NCBI RefSeq assembly: GCF_006345805.1
Contig: NC_043014.1
Location: forward strand, 14,942,001-15,006,000
Reading direction: 5' to 3'
Source of the DNA: Octopus sinensis
Taxonomy: Eukaryota
DNA length: 64,000 nucleotides
The notes under the pieces were generated by a model that was not told the DNA's origin, made no database searches, and saw nothing but the letters and a program-made list of their open reading frames with translations. A program made the position numbers and the translations under genes. Below, one piece after another: positions 1-12,047 of the stretch. Within the stretch, counting starts at the first letter, position 1; the number at the start of each line of letters is the position of its first letter.

Positions 1-400
1 TATCGAAAAATTCTTAGTTACCAGTGGTCTAGCGAGAAAAAATTAGTCAATAGACTATATATTATTCAGAGAATAATACAGTGTACATTCAAACATAAAA
101 GCGATACCCGAAGAATAGGTAATTAGAACCTACAGACACGTGGCTGATTTCTTATAGCTCTATGCCTTTGTGTTCAGTCTTGGCAACCTACTGAGGACGC
201 AGCGCCAGATATAGACTGAGATTATTTTATTTCAATCTGTATTTAAGTATGGAGAAACCTTGCAGGGTCTAGGATTAAGGTAAACGTTTTCATTTTTCAA
301 TCACTTTCGGAATTACAACAATTGGTGGCTTGGAGTTTTAACTGCTCTTTCTAGCGAGTCAGATATCCTATTCTTCGGGTATCGCTTTTATGTTTGAATA
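1..400 (+). mobile_element. Non-autonomous Penelope-like/hammerhead-bearing repeat with inverted terminal segment (left end truncated by window)
   Basis: 87-119 is the perfect 33-bp reverse complement of 367-399. The interior carries a hammerhead. Positions 1-118 and 290-400 are homologous to the palindromic element at 48940-49300. Confidence 0.55.
187..273 (+). ncRNA. Type I hammerhead ribozyme motif (long stem II)
   Basis: ccta-CTGAGGA(191-197)-long hairpin (agatataga/tctgtattt)-GAAAC(254-258)-stem III acct/gggt with TGCA loop-GTC-tagg. Stem I is ccta/tagg. The base of stem II pairs poorly. Confidence 0.65.
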
Positions 401-539
401 TATATATATATATATATTCATTTAATTATTTATATATATACATATATATTTATATATATATATATATAATATATATATAATATTAGAAATATTAAATTTC
501 TAAATGTCTCAAAGAGACATGAGCGGTGGTGGAGCGATA

Positions 540-826
540 GAGTTGTTGTATACTGTCAACATAACGTGACAGTCCCGAAGGCTAGACAAGCATCTCAACC
601 AGCAAGTCTCACTATCCTGGGCTGATGACGGGTTAAGACCCAGAAACATGCATGTCCTGAGGTGTGAATCCTAGCTGGTGGGGGTGCTTGCCTCCCCTTC
701 GCAAATATAAGGACACAGGAAATGTGTCGAAGCCGACAGGAAGCGTCGATGCTTCCTAGGGCTAAACAGCGGTGAGGTAATTCCCTTACGGGACTGTCAC
801 GTTATGTTGACAGTATACAACCACTT
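540..826 (+). mobile_element. ~290-bp element with 33-37-bp terminal inverted repeats enclosing a hammerhead
   Basis: 545-577 (gttgtatactgtcaacataacgtgacagtcccg) is the exact reverse complement of 789-821. TA occurs on both outer flanks (538-539, 827-828). The interior is GC-richer and forms hairpins. Confidence 0.7.
616..662 (+). ncRNA. Type I hammerhead ribozyme motif
   Basis: cctggg-CTGATGA-c gggt taag accc a-GAAAC-atgcat-GTC-ctgagg. Stem III is the palindrome ACATGCATGT, stem I has 5/6 pairs, and there is a C.A mismatch at the base of stem II. Confidence 0.75.
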
Positions 827-928
<102 letters not shown>

Positions 929-1993
929 ATGTATTATAACAATGGCCAGAATAGACATAATTCGCGACACAGCTCCATATACTTTACACTTTTGAAAATT
1001 TAATGCGAAACCGGTCAAGTGTATTCCTAGAGTTCAAAATATAATCAAATTCTAAATAATTCTTGTGCATTCGCTGTGCATTTTCAACATCATTTCTTCT
1101 ATTCCTCCACTTGTTTGGATTAATAACACAAATATATATATGTGTGTGTGTGTATGTGTGTGTGTATGTATATGTATGTATATGTATATATATGTATGTA
1201 TGTATGTCTCTTCTATTTTTGGATTATTATAAACCTTCCACTGAGGAGGGGGCCCGTTTCCAACAAAGATACAAGTCTCCATCTTTGAGATGTAATGAAC
1301 TCAATTAACATGCATGTATGTATGTATGTATGTATGTTTGTATGTATGTATGTATGTTTGTATGTATGTATGTTTGTATGTATGTATGTATGTATGTATG
1401 TATGTATGTATGTATGTATGTATGTATGTATGTATGTTAATGTTTGTTTTTATGTTCAGTTATAATAAAAAGAATTTTACATTATTTTTGTACCGTACAA
1501 ATTTATTATTCTTAAACAAGAATATTATTGCTAGTGACTTCGAAGTTCCGGCCAGCTAAACCATAATTTGGTTGTATGTGAGTGATAGGCTACTGCACTT
1601 AGAAACCTAGAACTTTAAAGGGAGAAGTTCTTTGACTACGTGACATTCTATCTCTAGAGAGATAAACTAAAGATTAACACTGCAATAGTCATTGAAAAAA
1701 GTTACTAATTAGAAAAATAATTAATTTAGAATAATTATATAAATTAGTAGATTATTTTTAAAAAACACTTGTTTTCCGAGAAAATAAGAAATGTTAGATT
1801 AAGATTCTAGTTTATGTTTAATATTTATTTTCTATTTATTTTATTAATTAACCTTTGGACTCTTTTGTGAATGTCAGCTTTGGAATGTCTTGGATGCTTT
1901 ATCATCGAACCGAACCAAAACCGCCAGCATCGATTTTTAAAGCAATTTAACCAAAATACAAAGAATTTATGTGATTATATTTTGGGCAGAGGT

Positions 1994-2240
1994 GGAGGCA
2001 CGTGGCTTAGTGGTTAGGGTGTCAGTATCATGATCGTAAGATTGTGGTTTCGATTCCTGCACCGGGCGAAGCGTTGTGTTCTTGAGCAAAACACTTCATT
2101 TCACGTTGCTCCAGTCCACTCAGCTGGCAAAAATGAGTAACGCTGCGATGGACTAGCGTCCCGTCCAGCTGGGGAACACTTACGCCATAGAAACCGGGAA
2201 ACCGGGCCCATGAGCCTGGTTAGGCTTTAAAAGGGCGCAT
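1994..2240 (+). mobile_element. tRNA-derived SINE (family D/E head with central conserved core)
   Basis: A box tggcttagtgg and B box gtttcgattcc, followed by the core gtgttcttgagcaaaacacttcatttcacgttgctccag shared with copies at 19845 and 35665. Confidence 0.75.
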
Positions 2241-2644
2241 TTATTTATTTATTTATTATTTATTTATTTTCGGTAAAGTGTTGGACAAAGTACTTTGTAG
2301 TATTTGCTACAACTCTTCACGTTCTGATTTCAAATCCTGTCGAGGTCAAATTTGCCAAAGATAAAGTCGAACATGAAAACGGACGAAATGCCGCTAAGCA
2401 TTTTGTCCGGCGTGCTAACGATTCTACCAACTAGCCACCTTAAACCTGGGTCTTATATTAGAAACAAAATGATATTATTTGGCAAAATCGTTTGAGCATC
2501 GGGTTCAATTCTTGCTGAGTTTTAATTTCCATTCACTGTACTTTCAGGTTCATTAAAATAATGATAATTTAATCTAGTATTCTCCCTCTATTCACCTCTC
2601 TCTCTCTCTCTTTCTCTCTTTCTCTTTCACTCTCTATCCATCTT

Positions 2645-2870
2645 ATTTCTTTACTACCCACCAGGGCTAAACACAGAGGGGACAACCAAGGACAGACAAA
2701 CGGATTAAGTCGATTATATCGACCCCAGTGTGTAACTGGTACTTAATTTATCGACCCCGAAAGGATGAAAGACAAAGTCGACCTCGGCGAAATTTGAACT
2801 CAGAACGTAGCGGCAGACGAAATACCACAAAGCATTTCGCCCGGCGTGCTAACGTTTCTACCAGCTCGCA
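2645..2870 (-). mobile_element. tRNA-derived SINE, family A
   Basis: Reverse complement of the recurring body ttctgagttcaaatttcgccgaggtcgactttgtctttcatcc...gtaccagttacacactggggtcgat. Confidence 0.8.
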
Positions 2871-2924
2871 GAAACGTCTCTATCCGTCTATCTTTCCAGA
2901 ACCTGCGATCCTGTGAAGTATTAT

Positions 2925-3303
2925 CTTTTACTTGATTCAGTCATCGGATTGCGGCCATGCTGGAGCACCGTATTAAAAGGTTTATCGAACAAAGCGACCC
3001 CAAAGCGTTTCTTTTTTAAAGACTGTCCTTTTTGACAGACCGCTAAACTACGGGGACGTAGAAAAACCAACACCGGTTGTCAAGCAATGGTAGGAGACAA
3101 ACAGAAACACTAAAAGACACATGCATAAACACACACACATAAATGCAACGGGCTTCAACACAGTTTCCATTTTCGAAATTCACTCAAAATGCATTGACTG
3201 GCCTGGGTCTATAATACAAGACACATACCCAAGGTATCGCACAATGGGAATGAACTCGAAACCACGTGATTTTAAAGCGAATTCTTACACAGCCATACTT
3301 GCC
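2925..3303 (-). mobile_element. tRNA-derived SINE, family B
   Basis: Reverse complement of the family B consensus (ggctgtgtggtaag...cagtcaaatgactgaaacaagtaaaag). Confidence 0.75.
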
Positions 3304-3454
3304 CAAATAATTTACTAAGTTACTAGTACAAACTGAACCAGTTTTTATCATTCTGTTTCTTGTATATTCTCTGATATGAGCATATGGTCAATATTTTCCA
3401 TTCGCTGGTTACAGAGTCATGGTTTTGTTGAAGCGGTGCAATGAGTATCCTTAA

Positions 3455-3850
3455 GCGCTGACGTGGCTGTGTGGTAAAAAGTCTGCTTCCCAACCACATG
3501 GGTTCCAGGTTCAGCCCCAATGCGTGACACTTTGGGTTATGTCTTCTACTACATACTTGGGTTGACCAAAGCCTTGTGATTGGATTTGGGAAGCGAAAAC
3601 TGAAAGTTGTCTGTGGTATGTGTGTGTGTGACTTTGTGTTTTTGTTTGTCTCTCACCACTGCTTGATAACTGCTGTTGGTTTGTTTACGTCCCCATTAAC
3701 TTAACGGTGCAGCAAAAATATCCATGCAATGAGTGCCAGGCTTTAAAAAAAACAAATGTTGGGTTGATTTGTTCGACTAAACCCTTCAAGGCGATGCTCC
3801 AGTATGGTCGCAGTCTAATGACCGAAACAAGTAAAACATAAAAGATAAAA
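3455..3850 (+). mobile_element. tRNA-derived SINE, family B
   Basis: gtggctgtgtggtaa...ccaaccacatgggttccaggttcag head, internal (GT)n, and gaaacaagtaaaa tail. Confidence 0.8.
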
Positions 3851-4061
3851 CATTAAATTAGTATTTAGTACTTGGTCTTGAACAGCAACTAACCAAATTT
3901 CTGTTGTTTCTGTCTTCTGATTTTCATTCTAGAACCACCCATAAAATAATTTCATGATTTTCCACATTCTTGGTATCCGTGGAATTGTTCGTACAGCTAC
4001 ATTTCTTTTCCCGCCTCTTTTCTTTCAGGAATTACTCTACCTTGTTATGTATTCTTTCTTG

Positions 4062-4197
4062 CGAGTTTTAAAACAAACAGCCCTTCTATAGGCAGAGTTT
4101 TAAAACAGTCCTTCTATAACCAGAGTTTTAAAACAGTCCTTCTATAAGCAGAGTTTTAAAACAAGCAGTCCTTCAATAAGCAGTCCTTCTATAACCA
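4062..4197. repeat. Short tandem repeat, ~29-bp unit cagagttttaaaacagtccttctataa x~4
   Basis: Directly visible repeated unit with small insertions. Confidence 0.8.
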
Positions 4198-5212
4198 ACC
4201 CAATGTCTAAATATTTCTTTTTCATCTCTTGCAAGGTAGTTGTTTATTGAGCTCTATTCATCATCCACACAGTCAGAAATACTAACAAGCCCTCTCCCTC
4301 CAGCCTTCTATTTCATGTATAAACCACTGACATTTGTCTTCAGATGGAGCCCTCTATACATAGTTAGGATCTTCCTCATTTCTGTTCGGTCTAGTCACCA
4401 TACTTCATTACTCATCTAATTTACTACTCGGTCATTATAATGTGGAGAATTTTCTCCAGGGACTATTCTTGCAGCAAAAAGTCTTAACACGTCCAATTAC
4501 AATCGAACGCGTTAAACAAGACAACTAAAGTTTTCATCTAAGTCACTGTTCCGGCGCTATACTTAAAACGGTGGGCATCGTCCATTTGTAGATCGCATTT
4601 ATTAAATTCCTTGAATCAATTTATGACTTCAGTTCTCGATCTTTCCTTCAATTCTTTATGCATGATGTCATCGATTTCCATTATTCTTAGATAGTTGTAC
4701 TCATTGTCAGCTGATTCTAAAATGCGTTTTTCCCTCAAAACTATTCCATTAAAATAAGTTCCTTTTCCTCTTATCGTGATAAACGTCGTAAATCTACATT
4801 AAACTCTACTCCAGTATCATTGTAAAACATCTTTACTATTTTAACAAATGAATTAATATATTGACTTTGCGAATTTCTTTAGGTTACTCATGAAGAATAG
4901 ATGATTTAGCAATGAGTGTTTTTCTCAAGTTTGAAACAAATATTGATTTTTCTAAGTGTCATTGAGATGGAATATAAGCAGGGTAATAAATAAAGTGGAG
5001 AAAGAGTCTTCCAAAAACTATCCATTTTTTTAACGGCTACGCTTCACTTCTTAGCGATTTCATGTTCAACGCCAAGTTCACTTTCCAGTGTGCCGTACTG
5101 GCACTGAGTATGTTGATAAGGTTTTCAGCTATGCCAAGCTTTTTAAATGACCTCACAAATCAAAAATGAGACACAGACACATTGGTCTTTTTGAAGTTAT
5201 TTCATGCTACGA

Positions 5213-5375
5213 GGCACAGGAGTGGCTGTGTGGTAAGTAGCTTGCTTACCAACCACATGGTTCTGGGTTCAGTCCCTCTGCGTGGCACCTTGGGCAGGTG
5301 TCTTCTACTATAGCTTCGGGCCAACCAAAGCCTTGTGAGTAGATTTGGTAGACGGAAACTGAAAGAAGCCCATCG

Positions 5376-5429
<54 letters not shown>

Positions 5430-5640
5430 TGTGTGTGTATATGTTTGTGTGTCCCCCCAACATCGCTTCACAATCGATGCTGGTCTGATTACGTCCCCGT
5501 AATCTAGCGGTTCGGCAAAAGAGACCGATAGAATAAGTACTAGGCTTACAAAGAATAAGTCCTCGGGTCGATTTGCTCGACTAAAGGCGGTGCTCCAGCA
5601 TGCCCACAGTCAAATGACTGAAACAAGTAAAAGAGAAAGA
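5213..5640 (+). mobile_element. tRNA-derived SINE, family B, inserted in old LINE
   Basis: Full head ggcacaggagtggctgtgtggtaagtagcttgc, internal (AT)n, and tail gaaacaagtaaaagag. Confidence 0.85.
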
Positions 5641-6879
5641 GAGTAACTGATTTGTCTGTTGTCATTACTTGCAGTATTTCATAATCATTTTGTCAATGAT
5701 CAGATAGTCTTCGGAGTCTATTGGATGTTTCCAGCGACTCTTCTACTGAAAAAAGTATCAATTTTTTTGTATCTGATGCTTGTGTCTTTTTTCCAGCTTA
5801 TTCCATATTTGCTTATCACTTGTTTAACATACTGAGGAAGGCAATCGGGCGATACTTTTCTACTGCATTTCCTGTCATTGATCTTTCACAATCAAAGTTA
5901 TTCGCTCCTCAACTATCTACTTCACTACACATCCTTTTATTACACATTCTTTTTGTTTTCCCATTTGATCGTGTAAGAATTTCAGATATCTCGTCCTAAG
6001 TCCTCGGATTCCATCTGGACCTGGCGCTTTACAATTTAGCAATGGCTTTATGCACCGCAAAACATTGTCCCTCATTATACAGATTAGTTCTCGCTGCTGT
6101 GCACTACCTAGTTCTGTCTTAACCATTTGAATCTATGTGCATTTTTCATTGTGTAACGGGGTACACCAAATTCTTATATAAAAATTCTATTGCACATTTG
6201 GTGTTAACGTTTTTATTTTACATCTTCAAATGCTACATTAAATTCCTGTCTTTTTTTTTTATTCAAAAAGTCTGTAATGCTCAAATTGAATTGCTCTTCC
6301 AGTGTAACGATTTATTTTTGGTTGAATTTTCACACATTCTCTATTTGATCTGTTCTATAACTAAATCAAACACTTTCTCATATATTAAGATTTCACAGAA
6401 CGACGACAAAAGAACATACGGAAGATTCACACACAAGTCGTGAAGATACTCTTCCCTCATCAGTTATCATCCAAAAATCATAACAGTTTCGCGCCTTTCT
6501 CATATACGTTATACTTCCGTTCATGGTAAAACTTACATAGCTTTTTGTAAGTTAACTTTGTTTCAGTTTTCAGTCTGGCTGAGATCTCTTCTAACTATCC
6601 TTAAGTCACCTATAATCTGTCTTTTCTACGAACGATACTGTCTCTCGTACACCAGCCACAGCAGCATTAAGGTTTGTAGCTGCCTTAATAGCGATTATTT
6701 TTAACTTGAAGATTTCCTTTGAAAATGTATCGGAAATAGAATGAATGACCTTATAATTTCTGAATTATCTTAGAATTTTTATCATTTGCATCAAAATATT
6801 GCGCTTTTCGTCTTCTGAGATCTTCAGATTTAAGATTTTTTTATATATCATAGGAAAACTTGTATCTGAAGATCACAGT

Positions 6880-7240
6880 CGTCGTCATCATCATCATCAT
6901 CATCCTTCTTCTTCTTCTTCTTCTTCTTCTTCTTCTTCTTCTTCTTCTTCTTCTTCTACTTCTTCTACTCTTCTTCTTCTTCTACTTCTTCTACTCTTCT
7001 TCTTCTTCTTTTCTTCTTTTCTTCTTTCCTTCTTCTCTTCTTCTTCTTCTCTTCTTCTTCATCTTCTTCTTCTACTCTTCTTCTTCTTCTTCTTCTTCTT
7101 CTTCTTCTTCTTCTTCTCCTTCTTCTTCTCCTTCTTCTTCTTCTTCTTCTCCTTCTTCTTCTTCTTCTTCTTCTTCTCTTCTTCTACTTCTTCTTCTTCT
7201 TCTTCTCCTTCTTCTTCTTCTTCTTCTCCTTCTTCTTCTT

Positions 7241-7271
<31 letters not shown>

Positions 7272-7399
7272 TTATTATTATTAATTATTATTATTATTAT
7301 TATATTATTATTATTATTATTATTATGATATTATTATTATTATATTATTATATTATTTTTATTATTATTATTATTATAATATTATTATTATATTATTAT

Positions 7400-7447
<48 letters not shown>
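6880..7447. repeat. Compound trinucleotide microsatellite (CAT)n-(CTT)n-(ATT)n-(AGT)n
   Basis: Directly visible. Confidence 0.95.
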
Positions 7448-7449
<2 letters not shown>

Positions 7450-7772
7450 TATGCGTCATTCTAAAAGCATTACATCCTACTCTACCCACCTGCAAATGTT
7501 GATTTAGTAGGAAATTAACTGGAAAAGTGTTTTTTTTATTGAATGTGGAGCTTCTATATAGAAAGGTAATTAATTGTCTGCAGTCATTTTCCATTCATTT
7601 GCAGAAAAAGAAATGACATTTCTGACATGTTTGTTTGTCTGGATTATCTTCCACCCAAAATGAAACGTGAGATGAAGGCAACGACCGCTGAAAGGAGAAC
7701 AGAAACGAAGCCAACCACACGGGAAAAGCACACACATACACACACACACACAGGCACACACACACACACACA

Positions 7773-7813
<41 letters not shown>

Positions 7814-7899
7814 ACACATACACAATAAAAGAAAAATAAAGAAAAACATTTTGCAATGCTATAAAAGACTTTGCAAGTAGGAAATAAAGATTTTTTTTC

Positions 7900-8509
7900 T
7901 ATTCTAAGCACAAGGCCCGAAATTTTGGGGGAGGGCGGCAGTCGATTAGATCGATCCCAGTACGCAACTGGTACTTAATTTATCGACCCCGGAAGGATGA
8001 CGGGCAAAGTAGACCTCGGCGGAATTTGAACTCAGAACGTAAAGACAGACGAAATACCTATTTCTTTACTGCCCACAAGGGGTTACACACAGAGGGGACA
8101 AACACGGACAGACAAACGGATTAAGTCGATTATATCGACCCCAGTGCGTAACTGGTACTTATTTAATTGACCCCGAAAGGATGAAAGGCAAAGTCTACCT
8201 CGGCGGAATTTGAACTCAGAACGTAACCGCAGACGAAATACCTTTAAGCATTTCGCCCGGCGTGCTAACGTTTCTTATTTGTTTACTGCCCACAAGGGGC
8301 TATACACAGAGGGGACAAACAAGGATAGAAAAACGGATTAAGTCGATTATATCGACCCCAGTGCGTAACAGGTACTTATTTAATCGACCCCGAAAGGATG
8401 AAAGGCAAAGTCGACCTCGGCGGAATTTGAACTCAGAACGTAACGGCAGACGAAATACGACTACGCATTTCGCCCTGCGTGCTAAGGTTTCTGCCCGCTT
8501 GCCGCCTTA
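7900..8509 (-). mobile_element. Family A SINE trimer (one head plus tandem ~180-bp body units)
   Basis: Three successive copies of gaccccgaaaggatgaaaggcaaag..cggaatttgaactcagaacg with a recurring junction gaaatacctatttctttact. Confidence 0.85.
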
Positions 8510-9204
8510 GGAATTGAAGATATTGCTGTATACTTTAATTTAAATGAGAACAGTTTCAGGGACGCTTTAAGCAACAAGAACATCAATACACACTCCCATG
8601 TACGCACATTTTGCACGAAAATACCCGTAACACCAGTTTTTCTTCGACATCATGCTGGAACATAACTGAAGAACGCTTGGTCATGCTATGTCATAGAAAC
8701 GCCTCCTTTCCCGGAGTTTCTCCAAGAACGAGGCCTTGTGAAACGTGGAGAGGTTGTTTGTGTCCCCGTAACACTTTGCCTTCGTAACACTTTGTCTTCG
8801 TTGGCTCATCGAGTGCCACAGAATGTTTGGTCAAAGTGTAGAACAAATTCGTACGCATATCTAAAAGACAGGATCTTCTTGCTGCTGTCCAATGACCGCT
8901 TGGCAGTTTATGAAGCAAGTATGTAAGTCATGCCAATAAGTAAAATGAAGTCAGACTATTTCTGGAGAATATACGAAAGGCTGTCTGAAAATGGATTAAA
9001 AGAAACAAGCACTGAAATCAAATGGAAATATCTGGAAATATTCCATAGAGGCGGCATTTCTATTGATTTCGCTTTTCGATTTTTCGTGACGACTGACAGA
9101 GCCAAGTTATGCGGTGAACCACACTTAAATTTAAGGTCAATATCTCAACAACAAACAGCACTTGCAGTATTTGAACTATTTGTCGAAATATGAATGTCAA
9201 TAAT

Positions 9205-9405
9205 GGCGGTGAGCTGGAAGAACCGTTAGCATGCCGGCCAAAATGCTTAACGGCATTTCGTCCGTCTTCACATTCTGAGTTCAAATTCCTCTGACGTTGA
9301 CTTTGCCTTTTATCCTTTCGGGGTCGTTAAAATAAGTATCAGTTGAGCACTGGAGTCAACTTACCCATTCCCACCAAATTGTTGGCCTTGTGCCAAAATT
9401 TGAAA
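9205..9405 (+). mobile_element. tRNA-derived SINE, family A
   Basis: ggcggtgagctggaagaaccgttagc head and gagttcaaattcc B box. Confidence 0.8.
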
Positions 9406-10731
9406 TCAGTATCACATACTCAACGTAGGTGTCTTGTTAAACACTTGAAGCTGCGATACTTCGTCTAAGAGAAACCAACCTCTTTAAAGCCGTATAGTGT
9501 TTAAAAAACACAGTATACTTTAAAGATAGACGAAACGAAATCGTCCCGGAAGATATTGATACTTTGCAGCTTTTGCTGCTCATCAGTGTTGCCCATTCGC
9601 TCCTCTTCCGAAACGAAATAATGTTTATTAACATAGGGATCGACAACACGAATGCTTTTGGAGAAGCAACATATTTATGTAAGTCAAATCCAGTAACAAA
9701 CTGGTATATATTTCATAGCACCACATCTTCACAAAGATTAACGACAAAGTCGACCTCAACAGCATTTGAGCTTAGAACATAAAGAGGCAAAACTAAGTAT
9801 CACAAGACATTTTTCTACCACGAACCTTGTAACCTGTTGCTTGTACTAATTCACTGTCCTGATGCTCTACTAATTTCACCTTTCCACTTCTCCCATTCTC
9901 TACAAATTTTGTAAATTTTACCGTTCTGATGCTGAATCGATTTTGCCACCCCGTCCTCTTCAACCTCAAAAGTTTTTTACTTTCCATCGCCATGGCGTTC
10001 TAGCGATCTTGGCAATCCAGCGCCAGGACGCTCTATCGACTTTGTTAACACACTGCCTTAATACTTTAGTTTTTCTGTCACTCTACTCCACCCCTTTATA
10101 ACTTCCCGAATAGTGAGAAAAAATAATTGGAAAATGGCGAAAATGAAAAACGTGTTTATTTCTCATTAAAGCGTGTCTTTCCTGCCAGATAGTTAATTTC
10201 TTAATAACGTATAATAGAAAAGTTAATGATATTTCGAAAAGCGAACATATCAATTAAATGGCGTTTGGCGCATGCTGTTAACGTTAATAACAGTCTTGTA
10301 TTTCCCCTTTATTGTGGGAAGGCTAATTATAATTACAATGCTTGTATGTCATTTATTTTTCAGCTGTTGACTTATTTTTCAATGAGGCTTCACGGTCACA
10401 AAAGATGCGGACAAGAGATAAAGACAAGTGTCAGCAGGGAAAGGGAAAATAAACAACACCAGAGTCGTGTACAAAAGGTCAGCACGGACAAAGGCTGTCA
10501 CAAACAAACTCATCTACTTATAGAGACATGACATGCATATATATAGATATTGACACACACACATAATATATATATATGCACACACACATAATATATATAT
10601 AATACAAAATGGGATAAGAACGCAAAACATCCAGACAACTAGGTGATACAAATAGATCCAAAAGCCACGGACGGGTTATTCGAAGCCTTTAATCTTCAAT
10701 CAGAACCGGATCATCCTCGCAATTTCGGCTG

Positions 10732-10813
<82 letters not shown>

Positions 10814-10825
10814 TGTATGTATGTA

Positions 10826-11516
10826 TACTACTAATGTAGGATAATATTTTTTTCAGAAAAATTTTTTTATCAAAAGTGGCAGCATATTAAAATACCTTTA
10901 AAGTTAAAATTATTACAACTTATAAACAAGAGCAAATGAAAAATTATTTCTATGCCAATATGCTGATAACAGACTATTAAGTCGTCAATTTCCACATATA
11001 ATTTACTCGCTACAGAAGAACTGAAGTCGAGCAAGCCGGCCGTTAGAATTTTTTAAAAATTCGTTATTTCTATATTGAATCAATTTCGGAATTAATCTCA
11101 TAAAAGACTTATTCCTCCTCAGTAGAACTTACGAAAGGATATAAATAAGATACTTACATGCGCCCATGGAAAATCCGAAGCAAAAAACATGAGTACATTT
11201 AAGTACCCCAGTTATATCTAAAAATAAAATTTCTTTGGTCAGCCACAGTACAACGTGTTGACTGTTCCCCACTACAGGTTATATTGGTTACCAGTCCCTA
11301 TAGCGAGTAGTAATAAGTCTACTACTAATATAGGATGAAGTTTTTTTTCTCTACGGAAAAAAATTCCATCAAGAAATATGGCAGCATATTAAAATACCTT
11401 TACGGTTAAAATTATAAACAACTTATAAGTAAGGGCTAAGGAAATTATTTCAATGCCAATATGCTGATAACAGACTATTAAGTCGTCAATTTCCACATAT
11501 AATTTACTCGCTACAG
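10826..11516 (-). mobile_element. Partial-tandem (pseudo-LTR-like) repeat with hammerhead between ~190-bp direct repeats
   Basis: 10826-11015 resembles 11320-11516 (e.g. identical gccaatatgctgataacagactattaagtcgtcaatttccacatataatttactcgctacag). Period is ~494 bp. Confidence 0.6.
11068..11127 (-). ncRNA. Type I hammerhead ribozyme, canonical core
   Basis: The minus strand reads ttcta-CTGAGGA-ggaat..gtctt ttat gagat..attcc-GAA-attga t tcaat-A-tagaa. It has a 5-bp stem I, G10.1-C11.1, a palindromic stem III and an AUA cleavage triplet. Confidence 0.8.
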
Positions 11517-11761
11517 GAAAAGCAGAGACCGTCTGCGAATTCCCGAGACTTGGTGTTTTCATCCAAAATGGAGAGGAACACTATTCCTCCATGTGATCGG
11601 CTTGAAAAATTGTTAAGGTATTAAGATAATTTTCTGAACATGAAACGAATGGTAGCCTTAACGTACATATAAATAAATTCTATCCTTAATGCAGGGTTGA
11701 ACACTCATTTCCGTCGTTCGACATTAACGTATATATGAATGAATGAATGTATGTATGTATG

Positions 11762-11795
<34 letters not shown>

Positions 11796-11929
11796 TGTAT
11801 GTATGCATGTATGTATGTATGGATATATTCATACACATGTACATATGCATATATATATATATATATATATATAATATAATATATATAATAGTGGTTTTGT
11901 CTCTAATTAATATTATATATATATATATA

Positions 11930-11976
<47 letters not shown>

Positions 11977-11980
11977 GTAA

Positions 11981-12047
<67 letters not shown>

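Larger units (their letters stand above)
3950..6790 (-). pseudogene. Old decayed R4/Dong-like non-LTR retrotransposon (RT region), interrupted by a SINE
   Basis: Minus-strand remnants in RT order: CKAPGPDGI (~6010-6040), DYLIIDKMIMKYCK (~5670-5710), a YDV/YMDD-like site (~4775), and (frameshifted) EGGRGLVSISDCVDDE.SSINNYL (~4230-4310). Many stops are present. Confidence 0.65.

Noticed and set aside
6799-7402. 161- and 180-aa poly-S/L/F/I ORFs
   Set aside because: Trinucleotide microsatellite translations.
8660-8725. CTGAAGA...GAAAC hairpin
   Set aside because: No stem I and no coherent stem II.
9560-9588. CTGATGA-gcagc aaaa gctgc-AAAG (minus strand)
   Set aside because: G12 is missing and there is no stem I partner; at most a relic.
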